NCBI GenBank assembly: GCA_020137815.1
Contig: CM035356.1
Span: forward strand, 3,534,001 to 3,598,000
Source: Hormiphora californensis
Lineage: Eukaryota; Animalia; Ctenophora
DNA: 64,000 nucleotides
Direction of reading: 5' to 3'
The translations under genes and the position numbers were made by a program. The notes under the pieces are model-generated. The model saw nothing but the letters and a program-made list of their open reading frames with translations. It did no database searches and was not told where the DNA came from. Below are positions 53,127-64,000 of the stretch, one piece after another (position 1 is the first letter of the stretch; each line of letters opens with the position of its first letter).

Positions 53127-55351
53127 GCTTCCCGTTTGAAGAAAATGAGAGAGAGAGATAGAGAGATACTGTCTCTGTGTGTGTGTGTGCGGCAACTCTC
53201 CCCCTATCTCGCCCTCTTGCCCAAATTATAATGTTAGGAGTGACCTGTATATCGCACCGTCACGATGTCTTATATATATATCCAAGCTATGATAGCGCAT
53301 ATATTATATAACCACGATCTGTTCACTAGATATAATTCTCTCACTCTTTTTTAAAGTTTGTACAATTACAATATATCTCTCAACGTGTTTGTGTGTGTGT
53401 GTGTGGGCAGCGAGAAAGGTGGGTGAACGCGCTTAGAGGCACCCAACAATCGTAGTGTTTTGATTACTAATACTATATGCACTTTTCCAATATGTTTCAC
53501 AAATTTGTTACTACTTAAAAAACACCGTCTTTTGTTGTTGTTTAAACGGCGGGAGGAGTTAACTTCAGATAGTTCGATCTCATCGACTTTCCTGGTATAT
53601 ATTGTCTCTTCCTTCCTTTTTCCTCGTCTGTTTGAAGTTACCTCCTCCCATGGCACACGTTGAATTTTTCATACACGGAAACAGTGTCAAGCGACTCATG
53701 GCACACGGGAATGGGAGTACACTGCAATTTGATCAGTGTTTATCTACTCTCAACACAATTACACGAGGATACCTCCCATTGGGTGAGAGATAGGTCACGT
53801 GACATTCTCAAAGTGACACCTGACACCCCCTAGATAGCGGAGAGAGGGAGATAAGAAGGCACTGCTTGCCTGGGCGATAGAGGGTTGAAGACGTGGCGTT
53901 ATGTGTGGCTTCATGTACAAACCCTTTCTTTTTTGCCCACCTCATTCTCCCGGCTTACCATCCCCTCTCGCTATTTTTTCAATCTCACTGTCTCTCTCTC
54001 CCTATCTCTCTCGCTCACTCTCTCTCTGTCTCTCTCTCGCTCTTTCTCTCTCACTTTCTTTCTCTCTCTCTAATCACAAATGGTTATTGGTTGGTATATG
54101 TACGGTATTGTCGCTAAACAGCCAACCACACTGTCGACTCGACACGGTTATCATAATAATTGTGGTAAAGGCACGGAGGGAAATGGGGGAAATTTATTAT
54201 CAGTACGTACCATTGATATTATAAAGGTTTTTGAGTAAACGGAAGTAATGAATACAGGCGGGAGGTATTTCGGATAGTTCCAAATGGCAGATCACATTAT
54301 CCTGGGGAGTAGGATGGATTATCGACCAGAGGCAGATGACTGTGTAGTCTGAAATGAGTGACATGGATATAATATGTGTAGGAGCACGTGTAGCATCACC
54401 GATTAAAATAAATGAAAATACAGACACCTTTATTCTTCCCCTCTCCTCCCCTTTTCTCTCTCTCTCTCTCTCACTCTACCTTTCTCTCTATCTTTTTTAT
54501 CTTCCTCTCTCCTTCTCCCTGCTTGCCTTGGTAATATGATAGAAAAGATAGAGAATAGGGTTGAAGACGTGGCATTATGTGGCTTCATGTCCGTGTACAA
54601 CCCCCTCTCACTCTATCTCTCCCTCTTTCTCTCCCCATCCCTCTCTCTTTCTCTCCCCCTCCCTCTCCATATTTCTCTCTTGTGTGTAACATAAGTAGTA
54701 TGTTACATTGAGGGATCTTCTAGAGCAGCTGGAGAGATGTCATCACTCAATAAGTCGCCTCCTTTTATCCTCCAATCCTTTCTTTCTTCCCCCTATTTTT
54801 TATATTTTCTTCCTTCCTAATCACAATACTGATTTAAATATTCAATGATTATTGTCCATCTTTCGATCGAGAGTTAAGAAATGTATCATGGCCTATAATG
54901 GGAGGGGTGACATTTTGTACCATTCTATACCATTTTGTAACATGTAACGTGCACAAATAATGTACATGTTACAAAATGTTATGTCTCACCCCCTCCCCAA
55001 TGTATGCAATACAATTTAAAATAGTTGGGCGTGGTTTTTCTCTACTCATACTTTCTCCATTCCTGTTTAAACTTCGAAGTTAAATTTTAAATATCTCTAC
55101 CTTGCGTCACCTGTGTCTGACTGCATTATTGCCTAATAAGGCAATGAAAAACGACAACTAACTATCAATGCCTGTAAAGTGTAAATAATAGCAGCTAATT
55201 GTCGACCGATACTTTTTATTATTTGGCCTGAAAATTAGTGATTTTATTGACGTGACAGCTCTTTTTGTCTCCTCTTTGATTACTCGGCCATTTTTTAATT
55301 ATCGCTGTTTTTCAGCACAGCGAGAACTGAAATTACCATCAGATAATAACG

Positions 55352-55520
<169 letters not shown>

Positions 55521-56691
55521 CAACACTCTCTGGCTACCCTTTCGGCAAATTTTATAACCATATAAGGTAAAAAGCGAAGCTCCAGTCACATTTCTAATTG
55601 CATGACCAGCAATCATTATTGGAGTTGAAGGAGGGAGGTATAAAGATGACCGTATATGGTCATATTCAGGCCTTTCCGGTAGGATAGTAAGTGGGTGAGA
55701 GAGAGAGAGAGACAGAGAGAAAAGAGGAGCATTTTCCTGCTGCCTTCCCCAAGATGCCAAATAGAATTACACTCGGCCATACACACACAACTCCCCACTA
55801 CTACGGAGACTATCATTGCTCTATTAAGTGAAACCTGAGCATCCTGGAATGCTACCTGAGATGTGAGATACAGTGAACGAATCAAGAAAGGGGGGACAGT
55901 GAAGATATCGGGGGAAGGGGGATTGTGTAAGTTGAAAGTCAGGGATAGTTAAGGGGCGATTCAAAAAGGACGTCCAGGGATAGGGGGAGGTAGCCGATTT
56001 CGGACATCTCTGGACAGGGAGCAGGGAGGGAGGTAAAAAATGACCAAAAATCACGGACGTTCTTTTTGAATCGCCCCTAACTGTTTCATCATCTTGAAAG
56101 TTAAATCGTAGCGAAAATAGAATCCTGACGAACATTTCCGCTGAATTGTCAGATTACCTCAAACAGTTGCTAACAGTGCATTGATCACTTGACCACAACT
56201 CCCTGGGTGAATGATAGAGCCCCATTTCCGGGTGAACTGCTAAACTAAACATGTCTAAACAAACATATGCCACTGCTACCCAGTGGTTTGCCCCATCGTG
56301 TCAGTGCACTGCAGAAGCTCAATTTCACATCCGACTTGGAGGGTTTGATGTAGCGCGCGGACTTGTGATCCCTGTACAAAGCAAAAGAAAAATGCGGCGC
56401 AGCACGCACATTCTTCAAAATGAGAATGCCCAATCTCGTTCCTTTGTTCATCCGCCTCGCCATCTCACTTCTTGACACGTCTAGTATAGAATTGTACACA
56501 CATATTATCACTCAACTCATTTGGTTTTTGTGGAAAAACACAAAATTCATCAAATACAAAATCTGAATCAGAAAAAAAAGACTCACTCACTCTACAAATC
56601 GGGGGAAAAACAAACAAAAAAGATCCTGTACATGTCAAAATAATCAACCTCAATATGCCGATGTCAGGGGGAAAAAAACGTCTCTCGATTT

Positions 56692-57908
56692 CTACTGAAT
56701 ACTGAACCTCTTCTCCATTCCAGTGCTGTTTCGAATGAATTCCATTGGGTCCCCTAGCTTGTCAGTACCTAATGTGAGATAGAAGGTGGTAGATTTATGT
56801 AATAAAACAATAAATAATTAATAATTGCCGGCTAGCTGATCAATTTCAATAAATGCCTGTTCAAATTGTGGCAGGCCGTGCTTGTTGAACTAAAAGCAGA
56901 CATGTGTATTGAGAGCGCAGCGCAGCACACGCCTACCACTGCATGCTTTATGTTACAGTGAGCTGTAAGAAAATCGCTCCCTACCTGCTGTTTGATTGGA
57001 TGTGTTGTTGAAGTTGCTAGGAGAGTTGAAACAGTTCTCTTTCAGCGCCTGAGGGAAAGAGAAGGTTATTAACCACAATCAATAACCCAGAAGGCATGTC
57101 GTCATAGTGATTACGGATCATGATAGACTATCGCCGTACGGTAAACACTGTCTGTCTGTCTGGCGGTAACATAGCGGTATAAAATACCTTGGGAGATTCC
57201 GTGGTCCTCGCAGAAACGGGCCTCTTTTTCTTGTGGGGGAGGTTCTCTGTCCTCTCGCGGATTTTCTCTTCCCTCCTTCGATGATGTTTCTCCTCTCTTC
57301 TGAGCTGTTCTTCCCTTTTGAGCTGCAGAACTTTAGCCTGAACTTTGGCCTTCTCCAAAACCAATTGGTTGTAATTTCGCACCTTGTTGACTTTCTCCGA
57401 CTGAGTTTGTTCACGAATCTTTGAAACCTGCTCCAACCGGGCATCACTCTGAAAGTAAAGAATACACTGTATTATATTGTATTACTATACAGTATACAGT
57501 TTAGATTAAAAAAGGCCTCGGGTACCCGCGGGTTGGGAACGTTGCGCCATTTCAATCTCCTCACCTGAGCGAGGGTACGTTGGGCAGCAAGAGTACGGGA
57601 AGCCTCGAATAAAGCTAGACGGCCTACACTTCTGCGGTGTGATAGATTTGCCAACCGATCTTTCAGGAAGTTATTTCTTCGTTCTTCGACGGCGTTCTTT
57701 TTCTCAAGAATTTCATCCATGGAGACCTTCTCCTTGTTAAGGTTGATGGGCTGAAAATAGAGATAGTTGTGCCATGGTCAAAAATGTTGACGAGGCGTCC
57801 AGACAATTAAACTACCTGAAGTCTACGGGGGAGTACAGTTCGTCTTGCATTCTCATCTTGCAGAACAAAAGCTGCACCTCCTTTAGTTTTTACAAGAGAA
57901 CTATCCAT
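56692..57908 (-). CDS. Stathmin-like coiled-coil protein, paralog 1 (5 exons)
   Basis: Phase-consistent exons MDSSLVKTKGGAAFVL..LPRRLQ / VSMDEILEKKNAVEERRNNFL.. / SDARLEQVSK..REEQLRREEKHHRRREE / ALKENCF.. / ..MEKRFSIQ*. GxAF and xEEIxxKxxAxEERR resemble the stathmin pattern. Confidence 0.6.
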
Positions 57909-58492
57909 AGCCGAAGATTTGGTGCAGACAACGTACGACGACAAACTCACAGTCGGGGAAGTGAGTTGAACCGTGGTCGCCGTCGCTAAGGGTACTGCTC
58001 CTTCACAAACATTTTTCCGCGCACGCCATGCTGATTTCCCGTTCGGCGGTTTGTCATTCCTACCGGCGGCGCGCAAAGTGTGACAGACACTGTCACAGTT
58101 ACACACTCATTCATTTTCTTTGCAATAACCACAGAATTGTCAGAAAGTAGGAACATTCTTTGTTTGTTGTTGTTTATTAGTTAAGTGAGAGGTGCAAATA
58201 TATCCAGTGTATTGTGATTCATATCAGTGACGATTGTTACTGTAGACTTTGACGGATAGAGAAAGAGAGATTGATCGATATAGCGAGCGGGAGAAAGTGA
58301 CAGAGAGAACGATACTTGATAGATAGAGTGAGGGAGAGAACATGCACCTTCTCACATATATTCCCATGCATTCGAATTGCGTTTCCCTTGTGCTCTCCTA
58401 GCTCAGTCCATTATAAGTACAATCTAGCATGCAAAGCTGTTAAAATAGATCATCCTTTCCCCAGCTGATCTCAGTTCTCACTAGTCACAATC

Positions 58493-58523
<31 letters not shown>

Positions 58524-58944
58524 TCCTCTCTCTCTAGTGCATACTCCGCCTAGCAACCCACAACTGACACAAATATCGTGGTCGCAGCAAGTACTTGTTG
58601 ACGTAGTAGCCAGAATGAGTAGTTCGAATAATTTAAACAGCAAAAGACGTAAATTTGTGAAACTAGTTTAGAAAATTCCTACACAATAATAAAAAACACT
58701 GATCTGTCACACACGCGGACAGGGTTCGGGCACATACACTAATAACAGATGGTTCTCAGATTCCAGCTCCGACGAAAATTGTTTCTTTATAGCGCTTCAG
58801 AACGCACCGACAGATTTTACAATATTTACAGACAGTTCCATACAAATATTTAACACCCAGAACATTTCGAGGCATATATCCCTCTCGACACAATGCTGAT
58901 ACATCAAAAATACAATCTCTGATTCTTGAAACTTCAGATAGAGT

Positions 58945-61900
58945 TTATCCAAAAAACTCGTCATCACTGACTCCGCCACATGCAACGATGGGTCCTGCAG
59001 TTGTCTCGTTTGGTCTTATGAAGTCCATCTTATCGTAAATCTTCTTCAACTCATCACTGTCCTCCCATGACTCAGCGCCTGAAAATTACAGAAAAATTGT
59101 TATCAAGAATGAAGAATTCACATTTAATTGTTTGTTTAATTGTTTGTTTGATTGTTTGTTTAATTGTTTGAAAGACTGATAGAACATCTGTAATGATAAC
59201 CGATAACATGTTCTCGCAGAGATTACAGTGTATATATATCGAGGTATTCTATTCCATTTAGGACTTTAGAAGGAGCTGACCCCGGTGCTCTAGAGACAAG
59301 ATGGAGGGAGGGGGGGGGGACAAGTAGTACGCACCATTCTTACCCTCACTGCGGTTATATTCCGCGTCATTTTCCATTTCGTTCCTCCATTTTGCATTCA
59401 AGCTGTTTTCGTGTACATCCTGAGGGAGTTAAAGGTTTGGAAAAATACTAAGACATTCTAAGGTGATATGTAATATATATCAGCGATATGCAGCAGAGAG
59501 AAAGAAGGAAGGAAATTATGCAAGTATTTCAGGCGGGTTCTAAATATTCTCAATATTGCCTAGAGGTGTAATTACTGAATCTTGAGATACCAAGGCAACG
59601 GGACAAACACAACATACCTCCGCTATCTTAGCATTATGCACCTTCACTTTCTGGACCTTACTCCTTAGAGCTCGGTCACGGTTTTTAGAGACGTGATGTA
59701 TCCTAGCCTCACTCTGTGGGAAGGAGAGAAATATTAGAAATAACAAAATGGTAATGACATCACATGATGTAATGAGGGTTGAAAACAAAGTGGTAACTGA
59801 GTGGTAACAGAGTGGTAACAGAGTGATAACAAAACTGACCTGTGCAAATATTTTCTGGGCTTGCTGGAATTGTTTTCGTTCCACACTTAGTTTCTTTTCC
59901 TTGATCTTTTTGTGGGACAATTTCTCCGTTTTTTCTTTTAGTTTATCCTCCCTTCTCCGGTGATGTTCCTCCTCTCGTCTCAGCTGCTCCTCTCTCGTCA
60001 TCATTCGACACCTTCTCCCGTCACCCAGGGGCTGTAATGGGATACAATCGTGATACAATACAGACAAAACATGAGGGCTGTATCATAGAAGCGGAGCATT
60101 AGATAAAGAAGATGGTTTACCTTGAGTCTTCGAGGTGGGTTACTGCATAGTGCGGGAGTTCCTTCTACTGTAAATGCTGCTCCATTCTTATTCGCCTTGA
60201 ACCGCTCCTCTGAAAAAGGAAATTATTGATATCAGTCGAACCTGTTACACACCAGTTACACCAGCGTCCCCCTGATATCAGGGGGACGCTCCCTGATATC
60301 AGGGCACGGCGCGTTCCTGCATGCCCGGCCATCATGTGCAGATGGTTCTGTGGGAACCATGTGACACTGCTGCGCGTGACGTAAATTGTATGGAAAGTGG
60401 AGCTAACGCGCACGTCAGCACTCACTTGCTTGCCGACCTTGGCAACTGCGGTGCTTGGGAACTGATGCCTGGGAATCTCTAACTGGTGCCTTAATTTTTA
60501 TGTGTGTCAAGAAAAGTTGGAACTGGCCACTGCCTACCGTAGATTTGAGACTGTGACCTTCAAACTAATCTCAACAATATCAGGGTGTGAACTGCATGTC
60601 GTGTTTGCTAGTCGCGAGCGCGCTCGCGAGACAAGCAAACACGTCAAGGTTCATTAACAAGCATGCTGCTCAGTCATTTTAGATTTAATACACAATGTAA
60701 GGATACCATGTAATAGGTGAGACTCTTGCCGTCACCCTCGTTCAAGTCCCGTGAAAAACGGAGCAGTACACGCAAACTGATGCCCATTTTCCTCGCGTGA
60801 CCCCGATTCAGCAGTTTGAGACACCAACTCTTTAGGGGGCCATATCTCAGGAACCAGACAAGATAGGAAAAATCGCCGTCTAACGAGGCGTACAGTTTTT
60901 AATCTAGTTTACCACTGTACCGGCCGTTTCACTCTCCGACCTAAAACAAAAATCGCAACCCCACAAAACTTCAAAATAATGAAATTCGCATCTCGCATGT
61001 CGTGTTGCATGTCGTGTTGCATGTCGTGTCATGTTATTGACGCGCTCGCGTTCAACTCTCACACAGCAGCTGCAGAACATGGCGGGAAACATCGAGGAGT
61101 AGAGAGAGGGTCGGTGCCGAATCAAATATTTCTTGATCTTGATCTACTCCATCTCTCAGCTATCCTACCCCTCATCAACTCGATCTCTCAGCTACCCTAC
61201 CCCTCATCTACTCCATCTTTCAGCTACCCTACCCCTCATCTACTCCATCTTTCAGCTACCCAACCCCTTATCTAGTCCATCTCTCAGCTACCCTACTCCT
61301 CATCTACTCCATCTCTCAGCTTCCCTATTAGGGAAGCATAGAGATGGAAACGATTAGGGGTAGGGAATCCCTATCCATAATCGTTTCCATCTCTATGCTT
61401 CCCTAGCCCTCATCAACTCCATCTTTCAGCTACCCTACCCCTAATCTAGTCCATCTCTCCGCTACTCTACTCCTCATCTACTCCATCTCTCAGCTACCCT
61501 ACCTCCCATTTACTCCATCTCTCAGCTACCCTACCTCCCATTTACTCCATCTCTCAGCTTCCCTACCTCCCATTTACTCCATCTCTCAGCTTACCTACCT
61601 CCCATTTACTCCATATCTCAGCTTCCCTACCTGCCATTTACTCCATCGCTTACCTTCCCTACCTCCCATTTACTCCATCTCTCAGCTTCCCTACCTCCCA
61701 TTCACTCCATCTCTCAGCTTCCCTACCTCCCATTTACTCCATCTCTCAGCTTCCCTACCTCCCATTTACTCCATCTCTCAGCTACCCTACCTCCCATTTA
61801 CTTCATCTCTCAGCTTCCCTACCTCCCATTTACTCCATCTCTCAGCTTCCCTACCTCCCATTTACTCCATCGCTTACCTTCCCTACCTCCCATTTACTCC

Positions 61901-63720
61901 ATCTCTCAGCTACCCTACCTCCCATTTACTTCATCTCTCAGCTTCCCTACCTCCCATTTACTCCATCTCTCAGCTTCCCTACCTCCCATTTACTCCATCG
62001 CTTACCTTCCCTACCTCCCATTTACTCCATCTCTCAGCTTCCCTACCTCCCATTTACTCCATCTCTTACCTTCCCTACCTCTCATTTACTCCATTTCTCA
62101 GCTTCCGTACCCCTCATTTACTCCATCTCTCAGCTTCCCTACCTCCCATTTACTCCATCTCTCAGCTTCCTTACCTCCCATTTACTCCATCTCTCATTTA
62201 TCCCCTGAGAGATGGAGTAAATGGGAGGTAGGGAAGCTGAGAGATGGAGTAAATGGGAGGTAGGAAAGCTGAGAGATGGAGTAAATGGGTGGTAGGGTAG
62301 CTGAGAGATGGAGTAAATGGCAGGTAGGGAAGCTGAGGGATGGAGTAAATGGCAGGTAGGGAAGCTGAGAGATGGAGTAAATGGGAGGTAGGGTAGCTGA
62401 GAAATGGAGTAAATGGGAGGTAGGGAAGCTGAGAGATGGAGTAAATGGGAGGTAGGGAAGCTGAGAGATGGAGTAAATGGGAAGTAGGGAAGCTGAGAGA
62501 TGGAGTAAATGGGAGGTAGGGAAGCTGAGAGATGGAGTAAATGGGAGGTAGGGTAGCTGAGAGATGGAGTGAATGGGAGGTAGGGTAGCTGAGAGATGGA
62601 GTAAATGGGAGGTAGGGAAGCTGAGAGATGGAGTAAATGGGAGGTAGGGTATCTGAGAGATGGAGTAAATGGCAGGTAGGGAAGCTGAGATATGGAGTAA
62701 ATGGGAGGTAGGTAAGCTGAGAGATGGAGTAAATGGGAGGTAGGGAAGCTGAGAGATGGAAACGATTATGGATAGGGATTCCCCTAATCGTTTCCATCTC
62801 TATGCTTCCCTAATAGGGAAGCTGAGAGATGGAGTAGATGAGGAGTAGGGTAGCTGAGAGATGGACTAGATAAGGGGTTGGGTAGCTGAAAGATGGAGTA
62901 GATGAGGGGTAGGGTAGCTGAGAGATCGAGTTGATGAGGGGTAGGATAGCTGAGAGATGGAGTAGATCAAGATCAAGAAATATTTGATTCGGCACCGACC
63001 CTCTCTCTACTCCTCGATGTTTCCCGCATGTTCTGCAGCTGCTGTGTGAGAGTTGAACGCGAGCGCGTCAATAACATGACACGACATGCAACACGACATG
63101 CGAGATGCGAATTTCATTATTTTGAAGTTTTGTGGGGTTGCGATTTTTGTTTTAGGTCGGAGAGTGAAACGGCCGGTACAGTGGTAAACTAGATTAAAAA
63201 CTGTACGCCTCGTTAGACGGCGATTTTTCCTATCTTGTCTGGTTCCTGAGATATGGCCCCCTAAAGAGTTGGTGTCTCAAACTGCTGAATCGGGGTCACG
63301 CGAGGAAAATGGGCATCAGTTTGCGTGTACTGCTCCGTTTTTCACGGGACTTGAACGAGGGTGACGGCAAGAGTCTCACCTATTACATGGTATCCTTACA
63401 TTGTGTATTAAATCTAAAATGACTGAGCAGCATGCTTGTTAATGAACCTTGACGTGTTTGCTTGTCTCGCGAGCGCGCTCGCGACTAGCAAACACGACAT
63501 GCAGTTCACACCCTGAATATAAAAACTTTATTTCCCGATTCCCGTTCGATAAAACAATGTTTCTCTAACCTGTTCCAAAGATATCCGTGTTATCGGAGTT
63601 TGTAACAGATGCCTTAGTTGAGGTCGGGATGGCGGGCAGTGGATTGGCATCCCAAGTTTTAACGAAAGCCATTTCTCTTTCTTCCTCCTGCGAGTCTCCC
63701 ATTTCTGATCCATCAGAATT
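58945..63720 (-). CDS. Stathmin-like coiled-coil protein, paralog 2; core exons 60208-58945, 5' exons (~60545-60427, ~63720-63570) tentative
   Basis: NKNGAAFTVEG..NPPRRLK / MTREEQLRREEEHHRRREDK..QAQKIFAQ / SEARIHHVSKNRD..KVQKVK / ...DDEFFG*; shares motifs and intron positions with paralog 1. Confidence 0.55.
60581..63515. mobile_element. 2.9-kb foldback element with inverted internal minisatellite arrays; CAGGGTG termini, 5-bp TSD AATAT
   Basis: AATAT|CAGGGTGTGAACTGCATGTC...GACATGCAGTTCACACCCTG|AATAT; unique outer arms approx 560 bp, then head-to-head repeat arrays meeting near 62200. Confidence 0.92.
61140..62960. repeat. 30-31-bp minisatellite (CTCCCATTTACTCCATCTCTCAGCTTCCCTAC) in two opposite orientations
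   Basis: Pyrimidine-rich strand to ~62195, then its complement from ~62205. Confidence 0.95.
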
Positions 63721-64000
63721 CTGACAGGGAGGGACAGAAATTGAGCGTTAAATATAATCTTGTAGACAAAATATTTTAACAAAGAACTAAAAGGGATCAT
63801 TGTATTTTAGACAAAAATTGAAATTAAACAGGTTACATCACTTACCAGTCTGATTGGTATAATAGCATCGGTGTTTTTAGAACTGTTACAACCCATGGTT
63901 CAATCTATAATAAAAGATAAGAAAAGTTGAGTTGTAGATCAATACCAAAAACGATCCTATGTAATGATCGAAATACGGATAAAGCATCACTAATATCTGA

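Noticed and set aside
62198-62797. 199-aa repetitive ORF
   Set aside because: Translation of the minisatellite.

Overview
Intron-rich, gene-dense eukaryotic (animal-like) genomic DNA. A ctenophore of the Pleurobrachia/Hormiphora type is my tentative guess, from a recalled CAGTCGGACCCCGATTTA MITE family and the gene style; I cannot verify it here. Hand splicing supports 11 genes: a TEX26-like 3' end, two inverted ADF/cofilin paralogs about 48 kb apart, alpha-tubulin acetyltransferase ATAT1, BiP/HSPA5, a QRICH2/DUF4795-like gene, PRPP synthetase, a DM9-repeat plus beta-trefoil protein, an aquaporin and two tandem stathmin-like genes. About 10.5 kb (about 16%) consists of eight non-coding foldback (long inverted repeat) elements of 0.2-2.9 kb. 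Their termini and target-site duplications differ (6-bp, 9-bp, 3-bp, TA, TTAA, 5-bp), pointing to several unrelated DNA-transposon superfamilies. There is also a 5'-truncated CRE-like RLE retrotransposon inserted at the end of one such element. Most ORFs in the supplied track are microsatellite or antisense artefacts. Exon coordinates were derived by eye and may be off by a few bases.
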